DNA of 64,000 bases, taken from IMG/VR virus record IMGVR_UViG_3300042898_001429, positions 1 through 64,000 of that record, one strand, 5' to 3'. The notes under the pieces were generated by a model. That model was given only the letters and a program-made list of their open reading frames with translations. It was not told the origin of the DNA and did no database searches. The stretch comes from a virus. Positions 44,385-54,875 of this stretch are shown piece by piece (within the stretch, counting starts at the first letter, position 1; the number at the start of each line of letters is the position of its first letter). A program made the translations under genes and the position numbers.

Positions 44385-45182
44385 CTAAACCTGAATGTAG
44401 ACGTCGCCAGCCGCTCCAGTAGGCGGAGTGGCAGAAGTTCCTACGGTAACGTTTCCAACAGTTGGCCTGCCTGTAATACCTGTCCATGGGGCAGCCGTGG
44501 CTGTACCAGTAAGGTTTGCTGTGATAGTTCCAGCAGAAAAGTTGCCACTTCCATCACGCTGAACAATATTATTAGCAGTATTAGTAGTGGATACTGCTAC
44601 ATACTCAGCAACGTTTTCCCACATACTTGAGGTGGTTTTAATGTATACCTGAGATTGCCCAGTACTAGAAGATACTGAAGTGTTGATGTAGATGTCACCA
44701 ACAGTGCCAAGGCTAGAACCTGGGGCACCAACTCCAGTACGAATGTGATTACTTGGCGTAGTAATACGCTTATCAATAATACGTGCTTCAGTAATAATGT
44801 CAGTAGTTCCAGCAGCACGGTATACCGAGGCAAGGAATACGTCACCAGCAGACAGTGGTGGGAATGTAGGGTTAGAACCACCATAGGCAGTACCATCACG
44901 CTTAGTTATGGTTCCAACGGAGTTTACTACTACAAGGTCAAAACGAGCCGACCCAGAACTACCCTGTCCTAGAGAAAGGGTAGTAGATGCAACAGTGAAG
45001 TAAGCGCCATTAGAAACGACTTCACCAGCAGCAATTGTTACTGTCTGGTCAGAGTTAGCAGATACAGCACAACCAGAAATGACACCAGTTCTGCGGTCAC
45101 CTAGGGCTACGAAATCACCACTATCAGGCTCAGATTGGTCTATTACCGAGGCGTCAGGAGCATTGGGGATTCTATAACCCAT
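44385..45182 (-). CDS. Virion structural / fibre protein
   Basis: R.DLVV, G..GDIYI, VQRD.SGNFSAGTITA fibre motifs. Confidence 0.6.
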   Translation of the reverse strand: MGYRIPNAPDASVIDQSEPDSGDFVALGDRRTGVISGCAVSANSDQTVTIAAGEVVSNGAYFTVASTTLSLGQGSSGSARFDLVVVNSVGTITKRDGTAYGGSNPTFPPLSAGDVFLASVYRAAGTTDIITEARIIDKRITTPSNHIRTGVGAPGSSLGTVGDIYINTSVSSSTGQSQVYIKTTSSMWENVAEYVAVSTTNTANNIVQRDGSGNFSAGTITANLTGTATAAPWTGITGRPTVGNVTVGTSATPPTGAAGDVYIQV

Positions 45183-45190
45183 TATTTACC

Positions 45191-45427
45191 TCAGAGAGTA
45201 TCGTAGATGTTTCCGTGCGCCTTCAGGTGTGTGAAGAGGTCGGAAGGGATGTTGTAGGTTTTGCCTTCTTCAAAGTCATAAACCTTGCTGCCCCAATACA
45301 TTGTCCAGGTGCCTTTAACACGGGCACGCTTTTGGTCGGACTCTGGTGCTGGTGCGGGGGTTGCAATAACTTCTTCCGTATCGGAAATAGGTTCTGCAAA
45401 TACATTTGTTGTTCGGGTGGTAGCCAT
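45191..45427 (-). CDS. Small head-associated hypothetical protein
   Basis: AGGAG RBS; directly after the capsid gene. Confidence 0.6.
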   Translation of the reverse strand: MATTRTTNVFAEPISDTEEVIATPAPAPESDQKRARVKGTWTMYWGSKVYDFEEGKTYNIPSDLFTHLKAHGNIYDTL

Positions 45428-45465
45428 TTATAACTCCTAGTTATGTGTATGTGTGTGTTGGTGAA

Positions 45466-45493
45466 ATGGTGAGGGGCCGAAACCCCTCACCAT
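45466..45493 (-). terminator. Stem-loop after the major capsid gene
   Basis: 11-bp stem ATGGTGAGGGG/CCCCTCACCAT, TTTCGG loop, short T-run. Confidence 0.65.
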
Positions 45494-45510
45494 CATATCT
45501 CACTCCTTTA

Positions 45511-46599
45511 TCAGGAGATTGAACCACCGAGTGTGTTAATAAGTACACGGGATTCTGCGGTGATAACACCGAAGCCCCAAATTGCGTACCAAGCAAGTCC
45601 ATGCTCACGACCAAAGTCAATGACGCCACCGTCACGGAGTTCCACTGGCAATGCAATGGCTTGTCCGAAGGCGTTGTCACCAATCATGATGGCTGAGTAT
45701 GAGTTTGCTGAAGGCTCTTGAGCACCAGCAAGTCCTGTGTTGATGTCAACAACGCCTGAACCAAGCGCTGAAGTCTTCAAAACCTGGGTGGTTTCAATGA
45801 ATACTACGTCATAGAGACGACCAATTTCACCGAGCATAAAGTTACCTGGAGCGGCATACTTTGTTACTTCAATGAATTCAGGCCAGTCACGGATTGAACG
45901 GCTTTGTGATGGGTGAACGAAACAAACGTAAGTGTCGCCAAGGCGAGGAATGTTTTGTCCAGCAAGCACTTCAACTGCGTCCTTGATGGAAGCAGGTGAC
46001 ATGTAGCCAGGTGATGCAGAAGCACCAAGGGTACCTGCATCATAAGGTGAGATAGCACCACGAGTGGTAGCCGCTGTACGACCAAACACTACGTTTGGTG
46101 CAACTGCTGCGCCTCCACCGAAAGGGATACCTGCGGAATAAAGGGTGTTACGAGCCTGAGCGTCCATTGACTGCGCCATGTGGCGACCAAGGAGACGAGA
46201 AGCAGACGCCATGACGTCATCAAATGATGCATTGAGCAACAATTCGGTGACAGCCGTAGCCTGACCCTGTTCCTTAACAGTGATTTGGATTTGGCTAGCG
46301 GAAAGAGCCACTGGCTCCATACGCACACCTTCAGTTAGTTGTGCACCAACCTGCTCATCAACCGAAAGGTTGTTGTAACGCATGAAGTTAATAGTGAGAC
46401 CTGGCATAACGCCCAGTTCCGTCTTCTTGACGGCAAACTGTTCAAAGCGAAGCACTGGCATCGCTTGGAAAAGGATTTCTTTTGACCAGATAGTCTGGAT
46501 TGCTGGGCTGAGTGTTGCATCACTTGAGTAGCCTGTGGTCGTAATTGACCCAAGACCTGCTCCTGTAATAGCACCACCGACGGGACCTGGAAGGGCCAT
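45511..46599 (-). CDS. Major capsid protein (N4-gp56-like HK97 fold)
   Basis: PG.TINF.RY..L, L.EG, GEIG...DV.FIET, DFGR...LAWY...G; GGAGG RBS. Confidence 0.9.
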   Translation of the reverse strand: MALPGPVGGAITGAGLGSITTTGYSSDATLSPAIQTIWSKEILFQAMPVLRFEQFAVKKTELGVMPGLTINFMRYNNLSVDEQVGAQLTEGVRMEPVALSASQIQITVKEQGQATAVTELLLNASFDDVMASASRLLGRHMAQSMDAQARNTLYSAGIPFGGGAAVAPNVVFGRTAATTRGAISPYDAGTLGASASPGYMSPASIKDAVEVLAGQNIPRLGDTYVCFVHPSQSRSIRDWPEFIEVTKYAAPGNFMLGEIGRLYDVVFIETTQVLKTSALGSGVVDINTGLAGAQEPSANSYSAIMIGDNAFGQAIALPVELRDGGVIDFGREHGLAWYAIWGFGVITAESRVLINTLGGSIS

Positions 46600-46633
46600 A
46601 GTGTTATCCTCCGTGGATAGGGGTTGTTATGTT

Positions 46634-47443
46634 TTAGTACCGACCCCTACGAGAGGGGGTGGCGTTCATGAGCCGTTCACGCATCTTTGCATACTGTTCC
46701 ATTGGCATATTCCGAATATCTTCGGCTGTAAGCGTTTGGTATTCCGTTTGATTTTCCATAGGCCCAGTGGGGGGTGACGTTGGCGACACTCCCCTCAAAC
46801 GACCCTGCTGTTGCTGAGTCGCTTGTTGGATTGATTCAATAATAGCATTACTTCTCTCACGAAGCACGGCGATTGAGTTTTCAATTTCTTCTTCGCTGTT
46901 TCCTGCGACCAAGTCAATGAGTTCAGGGATAATTGCTTCCTGCTCATCGTTCACTCGGCGTTGACGATATGAGGTCAGTGCCTGCAATGCACGCTCTTTT
47001 TCAAGGAGTGCTTCTTGCTGGGAACGCTGGCGCTCAATTTCATCAAAGCGGGTCTTATAATCTTGCTCAATCTGAGACAACTTTACGTTGAACTCATCTT
47101 CACGCTTGAGCAGAAGTTCTTTTGCACTGAGTTCAGATACTTCTCGTTCCCGAATAAGTTCTGATTCCTTGCTTGCACGCATTTCGGCTTCTTTTTGAGC
47201 AGCCTCACGCTCTTGAGCAATCAAGTTCATTTGCTCTTCCATCGCTTTTACACGTGTATCTGCGTCTTCAAGACGCTTGTACATCTTGTCTTTTTCCTGC
47301 TTGCGGATTGACTCAACGTCATCCTCAGTAAAAGTCTTGGATGGATTCTTTTTCATTGCGTCCTCAACGAACTGCTCCACTTGTGGAGAGTCTACTGGAA
47401 CGGAAATAATGTCCCCTTCGGGGACGTTGCTACGGTTTGCCAT
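46634..47443 (-). CDS. Capsid scaffolding protein
   Basis: Charged coiled coil between portal and capsid genes; M.M..YAK.R..L C-terminus. Confidence 0.8.
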   Translation of the reverse strand: MANRSNVPEGDIISVPVDSPQVEQFVEDAMKKNPSKTFTEDDVESIRKQEKDKMYKRLEDADTRVKAMEEQMNLIAQEREAAQKEAEMRASKESELIREREVSELSAKELLLKREDEFNVKLSQIEQDYKTRFDEIERQRSQQEALLEKERALQALTSYRQRRVNDEQEAIIPELIDLVAGNSEEEIENSIAVLRERSNAIIESIQQATQQQQGRLRGVSPTSPPTGPMENQTEYQTLTAEDIRNMPMEQYAKMRERLMNATPSRRGRY

Positions 47444-47491
47444 AGGATTTACCTCATTTGTTTGGCGGATTGGAACTTGTTTTGTTTACTT

Positions 47492-49180
47492 TTAGTTATC
47501 TTCGTCAGGATTACGACGCTGGGCGAACCTTGCACCGTAAGCCTTACTTACAATTTTATTTACGAGTTCCCCTTCAACGGCGCTTGCGGCACCGACTCCA
47601 GGAAGTGGCGAGGATGAATTCCCCGTCGTAGATACATTAGCACCTCCAGCAGAGGCTGGCTCAACACCACCACCGTCTGAAATCATGCCTGTAGCCAACA
47701 TAATTGCTTGCTGAATTTGAGCACGCATCATGTCCAAAGCGCCTTGGTCAATGGCATCGTCTTGAAGTTCTTCAAAGATTTCTGCCATCTTTTCATTGGG
47801 GAATTCTTCACCAAGAATACGCAAAGCGCCACGCTTAGATTCCAAACCAAGTTGCATCTTGGCTTGAACTTCGTTGAGTTTAATAAGTTGGTCAACGGGA
47901 AGAGGCTCAGGCCAATGAACCGTTGTTTGATAGGTTGTTGGGTCAAGAGGGTCCAATTGAGTCAATTGGTCAATCTCAGGCTGGGACGTCTTTGATGGGT
48001 CGTACACCAACATTTGTGGTTCAAAAACAGCCGCAGTACGAATGATGATTTCGTTAACACGCTCAAGACCCTTGGTAAAGTGAATCTTCTTCATGTTGAA
48101 ACGGTTCATCATTGGCTGGTACTGGATAGCCAATGCCACACCAGAGGTGTTAGAAATTGGTTGCATTTGACCAAGAGCAGTTTCAGGCACACCAGTAATC
48201 TCATGCATAGTGCGCTTAATTACTTGGATGTATTCCAAGGCACCAGACATCTCACCACGAGATTCAAGGTTGAATACGTTGGCATCTTTTGGAAGTCCAG
48301 CCCAAACCTTCTTAGGTCCACGCTCTAATTGAGAAGCCTTAGCACCAGTAATGATTGTTACAGGAGCGGCGTGGTAGTTGATGATGTCAGAAACTTCAAC
48401 CATCTTCTCATTGAGTTCACGGTTAAGAGGAATGATGTCCCAGATATCTGACTGACCCCATGGAGAAGAAGAGATAGTGACGTTAGGAATATGCACAACT
48501 GGAATTGTTCCCAAAGCATTGGGGTATTCGTCAATTAGTTCATCGTTGATGAACTGTTGTACAAGGTCATCAGAAAGGATTTCAGTAAAGGTATAAACCT
48601 GACGAGTTCCTTCAGGAGATGTACCCCAGAAGCGATACTTTAACTTAAAGCGAAGAAGTCGGTCACGGTCATGTGGGTGATACTCAGGGAAACAATGTGC
48701 TGGGTTCAACGGGATAACACGGATGCGACCAGTGTGGGGAATACCTACAGAGTCTGTGTACGGTTCTTCATAAGCAATCTTTACGAAGCAGTCGCCAGTA
48801 ACAGATGCCAACTGACCCATTTCCCACATAACATAATGCTTACTGTTGTGGATATCCCACACTTCATGCAAAAGGCTTGGGATGATAGCGCCATTTTGTT
48901 CAGGGCAACGAAACTGGACACTCTTACCAAAACAAAAGTTGGTGATGTAATCCGACATCGTGCGGGTGTAGTTCATGTAGAACTGTGATTCACCCATTTC
49001 ACGGCGATAAGACCAATGGTGACCAAGGTACCAAGCCCACGCAGATGCGTAACGGTTTAAGCGAGGACCATGTACTTCAAACTCTTCGTCAGCAAGTTCC
49101 ACCAAACCAAGTGGGGAAATCGCAACGGTGAGGTCGCTAGAAGACGCTCTATATGATGGGGACCAAAAATCAACTGCCAT
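47492..49180 (-). CDS. Portal protein (SPP1 gp6-like)
   Basis: VTGD.F, G.IPVVHIPN, WG.SDI, SGVAL. Confidence 0.88.
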   Translation of the reverse strand: MAVDFWSPSYRASSSDLTVAISPLGLVELADEEFEVHGPRLNRYASAWAWYLGHHWSYRREMGESQFYMNYTRTMSDYITNFCFGKSVQFRCPEQNGAIIPSLLHEVWDIHNSKHYVMWEMGQLASVTGDCFVKIAYEEPYTDSVGIPHTGRIRVIPLNPAHCFPEYHPHDRDRLLRFKLKYRFWGTSPEGTRQVYTFTEILSDDLVQQFINDELIDEYPNALGTIPVVHIPNVTISSSPWGQSDIWDIIPLNRELNEKMVEVSDIINYHAAPVTIITGAKASQLERGPKKVWAGLPKDANVFNLESRGEMSGALEYIQVIKRTMHEITGVPETALGQMQPISNTSGVALAIQYQPMMNRFNMKKIHFTKGLERVNEIIIRTAAVFEPQMLVYDPSKTSQPEIDQLTQLDPLDPTTYQTTVHWPEPLPVDQLIKLNEVQAKMQLGLESKRGALRILGEEFPNEKMAEIFEELQDDAIDQGALDMMRAQIQQAIMLATGMISDGGGVEPASAGGANVSTTGNSSSPLPGVGAASAVEGELVNKIVSKAYGARFAQRRNPDEDN

Positions 49181-49224
49181 GTTGCATACACCTTACCATC
49201 AATACTGACAGTAACTAAAAGTGT

Positions 49225-49515
49225 TTAGGCTTTTGCTTTAGGAGCAGCCTTTTTAGCAGGCTGTTTCTTCTTCGCTACTTCAGCGGTTACTTCCTCAACA
49301 ATTTTAGGAAGTTCTACAGATGCCTTAGTAAGGAAGTTAGCCGTTCCTTTGTCACCAACAAGGGTGCTTGCATACGCAAGACCTGTGATAACAAGTGGCA
49401 TGATGGCGGCTTGTGCGCCTGGGTCAATGTTTGCCTTAGCAAGGAAATATGAAAGTGCGCCGACAGCGGCACCCTTTAGAGTCTGGTCTGCGACCTGTTG
49501 GTTCTTTGTAGCCAT
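49225..49515 (-). CDS. Putative holin-like membrane protein with a basic tail
   Basis: Two hydrophobic segments, VGDKGTA.F motif, KKQPAKKAAPK tail. Confidence 0.5.
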   Translation of the reverse strand: MATKNQQVADQTLKGAAVGALSYFLAKANIDPGAQAAIMPLVITGLAYASTLVGDKGTANFLTKASVELPKIVEEVTAEVAKKKQPAKKAAPKAKA

Positions 49516-49556
49516 GAGAATCTCCTGTATGGAATGTACCTAACAATGATACTACG

Positions 49557-49853
49557 TTATCGGTGAAGGTAGTTAATCTTTTTGACCATCCCCATTGGAA
49601 TCATGATTCCGTTTCCTGCGTGGGTGTCATTAATAAGAGAAACTAACTTGACGCACTCGGCGTCTTTATGCATGAGATACCCAACAGACAGAGATTTGGC
49701 TGGCTTTGACTTTTGAATTTCTTCAAGGCCAAACCAACCATTCTCAATGTCTGATGCATCCAACCAAAGGACTTCTACAAGAGGTGGTTTTTTAGGATTT
49801 GCTTTTCCAAACACTGCATTAACGAAGTCTTTGAAGTCTGGAAGAGAGGACAT
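49557..49853 (-). CDS. Conserved phage hypothetical protein
   Basis: V.W.DA....W...SVGY......IP..MV..I motif. Confidence 0.65.
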   Translation of the reverse strand: MSSLPDFKDFVNAVFGKANPKKPPLVEVLWLDASDIENGWFGLEEIQKSKPAKSLSVGYLMHKDAECVKLVSLINDTHAGNGIMIPMGMVKKINYLHR

Positions 49854-49858
49854 GACAC

Positions 49859-51007
49859 CTATTCTACACCTAGTAATTTGCCCTTATAAAACATGGTTCC
49901 ATCATGGATTGGGAGCATTTCAGGATGAAACGCACCGTCTCCTTCTTGGTAGTAAATAATCCCAAGACCTTGTTGCCAATCCTCTACACAAGTGATTGGG
50001 CGACCATCCAAGTCCATACCACCCTTGGTAGATGGCACCATACCGTCTACACGGGCTAGACAGCCAAAGGAGATAGCGGCAATGGTCTTAGGACCATCCC
50101 AGTCGCTCCGTGTGCGCTCTGCCCACTCACGGCGGTGGATATGCCCATAGACCACTGAGGACTTCTCTGTGCCTAGGTATTTGTGGGCTGTAGAGCCACC
50201 TGAAGCCACTTTGGTTCCGTGGATAATCTTGATGCGGTTATTTAGCCAAAACTGGCTGGCAGGGTACCCAGCAAAGTACTCCACCCCAAAGTCGTCAAAA
50301 CGGCACAGGAAGGGGATAGAGAGCACTGGGAAGGATGTAGGGGTATTACCCTGCTTCAAACCAAATGCGGCTTTAGCGTTGTCAATGATGTAGTTCGTAA
50401 GACGAATCTCATGGTTACCTTCCATCCAGATAATGCGAGCATAAGGAGCCGCATCTCTGATTTGGGCACACAACGTGGTTAGGTAATCAATTGTTGCTTG
50501 GGTAGTCAAAGAGAACGCAGGACTCAACCGATACTTTGACATCTCTGGAAGGTCAGCATTATCCCCGTTTAGGGCTACGATGTCAGGTTTTTCTGCTTTA
50601 ATAACTGCAAGTGCGTAGTCCATTGCAACTGGGTCGTGAGTACTAATCAGTTCCCCGCTTGCATCACGGAAGAACCCAGCCTGAATGTCAGGAAGCACAA
50701 CGCACTTCTTCCAAGTAGATACCGATTGTTTTACAGTAACTTTAGGAAGTTTAATTGCAGGACCTTGGTTAACAGGATTCCACTCAGGACCTTCTGCCCA
50801 CTTGGGGGAGAATTGGATAGCCGCAAGGTCATGAATCTGTGCTTCACCATCTTGGTCTTTTGTTAAAGATTGGTAGAGGCTGACACGTTTTACAGAACCA
50901 ATTTCATTGATGTCAATGTTTTGTCGGTCAAGGATTTCAACTAACTTACCAAGTGCTTGCGCTTTGGACTCGGGTGGTGTGGACAACTTATCTGCTAATT
51001 CGCTCAC
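49859..51007 (-). CDS. Calcineurin-like metallophosphoesterase
   Basis: PD.Q, GD..D, GNHE, HG, GH.HR. Confidence 0.85.
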   Translation of the reverse strand: MSELADKLSTPPESKAQALGKLVEILDRQNIDINEIGSVKRVSLYQSLTKDQDGEAQIHDLAAIQFSPKWAEGPEWNPVNQGPAIKLPKVTVKQSVSTWKKCVVLPDIQAGFFRDASGELISTHDPVAMDYALAVIKAEKPDIVALNGDNADLPEMSKYRLSPAFSLTTQATIDYLTTLCAQIRDAAPYARIIWMEGNHEIRLTNYIIDNAKAAFGLKQGNTPTSFPVLSIPFLCRFDDFGVEYFAGYPASQFWLNNRIKIIHGTKVASGGSTAHKYLGTEKSSVVYGHIHRREWAERTRSDWDGPKTIAAISFGCLARVDGMVPSTKGGMDLDGRPITCVEDWQQGLGIIYYQEGDGAFHPEMLPIHDGTMFYKGKLLGVE

Positions 51008-51272
51008 AAGAGCACTCCTTGTTTACGTGACGTTGCACAGTGCTTACACTTACAAAATGACCAAAAGAATCTAGTACTTTAGATAGCCACGAAGCGCTGA
51101 ACTTCTTTGATTTTCCCATTCCAGCATCTTGACGGATTCCATCAACTGCTCTATCTAGGGCTTCTTTTTCCTCATTACTGAGGATGTCACGTATTTGGGT
51201 GAACTTACACAGTAAGTTATCGCCCTGTACACGAGGAGTTGTTAACGCCTCTACAAGTGAATTGGGTTCCAC
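50988..51272 (-). CDS. Small HTH/Zn protein
   Basis: VS.STV.RH...C.C. Confidence 0.6.
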   Translation of the reverse strand: MEPNSLVEALTTPRVQGDNLLCKFTQIRDILSNEEKEALDRAVDGIRQDAGMGKSKKFSASWLSKVLDSFGHFVSVSTVQRHVNKECSCERISR

Positions 51273-51347
51273 TGCTAGTCCTTCTGTTAGTGTGGTTTAT
51301 TCACAAACCACATCACCAACATACTACCATCCCAATCAGGTTGTCAA

Positions 51348-51548
51348 CTATTGTTTATCTACATGCCAATCAATATGGTCGTTAAGGCGGTCCCCAACTT
51401 TATCCACGCTATTTTGCACTTTATCTAACCTCTGCATTACTTGACCGTGGTCAAGAGAGTTAGTCTTCTTCATTGCTTTAAACTCTTTAATTGAAAAACC
51501 AAAGGTTGTTATTACTGCAACAATAATGGTGGCAAGTGCGGGGTCCAT
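51348..51548 (-). CDS. TM + coiled-coil small protein (lysis-accessory-like)
   Basis: N-terminal TM; N..DH..V...L......RL..HI.WH. Confidence 0.6.
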   Translation of the reverse strand: MDPALATIIVAVITTFGFSIKEFKAMKKTNSLDHGQVMQRLDKVQNSVDKVGDRLNDHIDWHVDKQ

Positions 51549-51551
51549 GGG

Positions 51552-52301
51552 TCAACGACCCCTCCGACGAATATCTACAGCACGAGGGTTGCCACGACGT
51601 GGATGACCCATTTCTTTCCAAGAAAGCCATGTAGCGGCTTGTAGTTGGTTAGGAAGAAGCCCTGCTTTGTTTGCGGCGGCACGACCAGCATCAGCAAAAG
51701 TGTTGTAACGCCCCATAGCACCCAAACCTCTGTCTGCTGTCTGCCAAGGCATCTTTAAACCAGCACTTGAGTCTGCGTCATGTGTATCTGAAACATATGC
51801 CTCTTCATCAAGAGGATTTATAATAGTTTTAGTAAAATTATAAGTTTTTAAGTCTTTTGGAAGAACATCACTCCAATGTTCTCCTTCAGCAATCCGTGTT
51901 GCGGCTTCAACTTGTGCACCCGTAGCCTTACCTAACGGCACACCCGTTTTAAAGAATTGGTCAGCACTACGTACATTTTGAGTCCATTCAGTACCACGAC
52001 TACTAAGTGCGCCAATCACACCAGCAGCCTTTTCAACATCAGGGTGAATTGCCTGTGCGATACGGTGAGCGGTTGGGTACCAATTCATACCACGTTCTAC
52101 TTGGTCAGAGGTTGCTATACGTAAAGCATTTCTCTTGTTGTGAACCATATTGCCAAACTGACCAGTTGACATACGCATGTCTTCAGGAACCGTCGTGTCA
52201 GAAGAGGCTTGACGAATGGGGATTTTGTCTGTCCCAGGTTGGCGTTCAACAAAGCGAAAGCCTTTGTCTTTAAGGTACTGGGGGTACTCTACATCTCCCA
52301 T
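51552..52301 (-). CDS. DUF7178-like protein
   Basis: G..WY..AH, AAGVI.ALS, W..N, KT.NF, D.H, Y....A...AA, QA.TW. Confidence 0.65.
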   Translation of the reverse strand: MGDVEYPQYLKDKGFRFVERQPGTDKIPIRQASSDTTVPEDMRMSTGQFGNMVHNKRNALRIATSDQVERGMNWYPTAHRIAQAIHPDVEKAAGVIGALSSRGTEWTQNVRSADQFFKTGVPLGKATGAQVEAATRIAEGEHWSDVLPKDLKTYNFTKTIINPLDEEAYVSDTHDADSSAGLKMPWQTADRGLGAMGRYNTFADAGRAAANKAGLLPNQLQAATWLSWKEMGHPRRGNPRAVDIRRRGR

Positions 52302-52303
52302 AT

Positions 52304-52837
52304 TTACCCTTGAGAGTATCGGAGTTGGCGCTTAGCGGATGTCTCTGCATTTCCACGGTTGTCTTGGCGATAAGCCTCTTTACCAGCACCACGGAACTTG
52401 CCAGCGCTTTCACGACGCTTGTGCTCATCCGCACCATTACCTATGTCGGTAGACCGACGTGCTTCTTTAAAGGTTTGTGGCTTAAAATCATCCATAGGGT
52501 CAGTGAATACTTCACCAGTACCCTCCATGGTCTTTTGTTTGAATGTCTGTGCCTGTGAACCACGGCGTTGTGGGACGTATTTATTACGCATGCCGCTATC
52601 TTCATAACTTGGTGTAGCACGTGCCGCATGGAAAGAAGACCTACGAGAACGACCAACGTCAAATTTATAAGTACCTAATGCACCTGCGTACACAGGAGAA
52701 ATAGGTAGACCAGAGACGGTTGAAGTAATAGAAGGTAAACCTACCTTCTGTACGTCTTGTTCTCCGCTATCTCCAGTGGTAGGGGCACCACTATCTCCCG
52801 TGACAGGGGCACCACTTGATGGAGCGCCCGCTTCCAC
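52304..52837 (-). CDS. Hypothetical low-complexity protein
   Basis: Duplicated 24-bp unit (GAP.TGDS) near the N-terminus. Confidence 0.6.
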   Translation of the reverse strand: MEAGAPSSGAPVTGDSGAPTTGDSGEQDVQKVGLPSITSTVSGLPISPVYAGALGTYKFDVGRSRRSSFHAARATPSYEDSGMRNKYVPQRRGSQAQTFKQKTMEGTGEVFTDPMDDFKPQTFKEARRSTDIGNGADEHKRRESAGKFRGAGKEAYRQDNRGNAETSAKRQLRYSQG

Positions 52838-52840
52838 TAT

Positions 52841-53239
52841 TTAGTCGTTTACGACAGTTGGGTTTGGACGGTTCATGTGAGCGCCTGTATTGAAGGCATA
52901 CTCAAACTGTGGCATCGCATCGCCACTCATGGCACCCTGTACGAAGTCTGACAATACTGTCGGTGCTTCAATCCAAGATGCTGAACCAACGTGAGCACGC
53001 TCACGCATGGTGTCCATTGCATGCTTGTACTGTGATTCAGGGTTGGTATGGGATGAACGACCAAGTGGTTGGGTGTCCATGTACGCTCCCTGAGCGAAGT
53101 CATGAGGGACATCGGTGTCGGTTGCGACACCCTCTTCAAAACGAAGAGGTCCCTTATTGCCAGGGATGCTAGGGGCAAAGTTACGCTCAAAGACGTTTAC
53201 GCCTTTTTCTGGGAACATTGGGTTAGGTGCTACGGTCAC
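52841..53239 (-). CDS. Hypothetical protein (GPLRFEEG..TDTDVP, RERAHVGSA.W.EAP)
   Basis: GGAGG RBS before GTG 53239. Confidence 0.65.
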   Translation of the reverse strand: MTVAPNPMFPEKGVNVFERNFAPSIPGNKGPLRFEEGVATDTDVPHDFAQGAYMDTQPLGRSSHTNPESQYKHAMDTMRERAHVGSASWIEAPTVLSDFVQGAMSGDAMPQFEYAFNTGAHMNRPNPTVVND

Positions 53240-53297
53240 GTAATCCTCCAAATAGGAATGTTGGTATCTTTACAACTTTACACTATTTTAAAGGTTC

Positions 53298-54860
53298 TCA
53301 CCTAAAGAATGGGTTTTCAGCCACCATAATTTGGGGCATCGTATCTTGGATAGTCATATGGCAAGCGATAGCCAAAGAGTCAGGGTAGTCGTCAAACGCA
53401 CCCTTCTCATTTGGCGCAGCGGCTAATAGATACGGGCCTTTATAGACTTTTTCAAGGTCAGCCATCTGTTGATTAAAACGCTTCCAAGTACGGGTACGGC
53501 GTGCCTTACTGTGTCCAGGAATGATTAATTGTTCACGCTGAATAAGTTCAGTTAAATGCACCCAGCGCTCGTTTTGAGCCTTTGAATCAGAAGATATAGA
53601 CAAGACTTCAATATCAGGAAGTAGAACCTGTAGGCGCTCTGCTACAGCCCCTCCTACGCCTTGGGCGTCCACCCCAATACGCAGACAATCATAATTTCTA
53701 ATAAAATCAATAATTTCAAAATATTGAGACTCCCACTCTTCGTTGTTAATCTCAAGCCAGTTAAGAATACGGTGCTCATAGAACCCGAATGGGTCTGGGT
53801 GGTCCCAGTCAACCCAGAGCACGGTGACCACAGTGGAGTCGTTGGCACGTGCCACGTCAATCCCGACTACAACAGGAGTACGCCACCACTGTTTAACCAA
53901 GCCCATGGATGTGTCGTAGAGGCGCTCCATGCGCTCTTCTGTAACAAACATACCCTTTTCCAAAATCCACTTATTGCAGTAGGACATCTGGAATTCATCA
54001 GAGTCTTCACCAATACGTAGTTTTTCTTTAGCAATAAACTTTTCGTAGTTAGTGTTGTACTTAGCGGCTGTGCGCCAGTCATATTCAAAGTGGGCACGGC
54101 GAATCTTTCTACCGCTAATCTCACGCCTCTTGTTGAACTGAATGGCTTTATAGAAATAGCACTTGTTACGGGTTGCAGTACCCGTTAAACAAATAGAACC
54201 GTTGTTGAACGCCAACATGGGTTTAATTGACTTGTTAATCATGAACTCGTCGGCTTCCTGAGCCTCGTCAATAAGGACGAAGTGGTAGGTCTTAGACTCA
54301 ATCTTTGCCTTGGGGTTACAAGTTTGCATACGGCAGATTGACCCAGAGTGCTTGAGGGTGATAATACGTCCTCTACCACGAGTACCACCTGATGTGGCTT
54401 TGTCATCAATCTCGGGGTCTAACAAGAAGTTAAGGGCGTGGTCACTAGACAGTTTGCTGACAATACGCCCAAAGACGGTTTCAGCCTGCTCTTCAACGGG
54501 TGCAAATACTCCAACCCAAAAGCCTTTATCAAACTTGCTCAACCATGTTGGGTAGATAGGAGCCAACTTAGGAAGAATGACCATCATGCCTGCAAGGACA
54601 TTAGAAAGGACCTCGGACTTACCCGACTGGCGGGTAGCCACCACAGTGATTTCCTCACCGTCTCCTAAGACAATTGACTCAATAATCCTGTAGGCAATAG
54701 GGACTTGGTAGGGAAAGAGGGTTACGTCACAAAACTCTTCTACAAATAGAATAAGTTTCTTTACAAGAGTGTCTAGAAACTCTGAGGAGGTTTCGTCAAG
54801 TTCCTCTACGTATTCTTCTGGTAGTTCTAGTTGCTCTATTTGTTCTTCGTCTGTTATCAC
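53298..54860 (-). CDS. terL: Terminase large subunit
   Basis: RQSGKS Walker A, IDEAQ, GT, GID.A...DSTV, DDYPDSLA. Confidence 0.92.
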   Translation of the reverse strand: MITDEEQIEQLELPEEYVEELDETSSEFLDTLVKKLILFVEEFCDVTLFPYQVPIAYRIIESIVLGDGEEITVVATRQSGKSEVLSNVLAGMMVILPKLAPIYPTWLSKFDKGFWVGVFAPVEEQAETVFGRIVSKLSSDHALNFLLDPEIDDKATSGGTRGRGRIITLKHSGSICRMQTCNPKAKIESKTYHFVLIDEAQEADEFMINKSIKPMLAFNNGSICLTGTATRNKCYFYKAIQFNKRREISGRKIRRAHFEYDWRTAAKYNTNYEKFIAKEKLRIGEDSDEFQMSYCNKWILEKGMFVTEERMERLYDTSMGLVKQWWRTPVVVGIDVARANDSTVVTVLWVDWDHPDPFGFYEHRILNWLEINNEEWESQYFEIIDFIRNYDCLRIGVDAQGVGGAVAERLQVLLPDIEVLSISSDSKAQNERWVHLTELIQREQLIIPGHSKARRTRTWKRFNQQMADLEKVYKGPYLLAAAPNEKGAFDDYPDSLAIACHMTIQDTMPQIMVAENPFFR

Positions 54861-54875
54861 AATATTAATTCTAGA

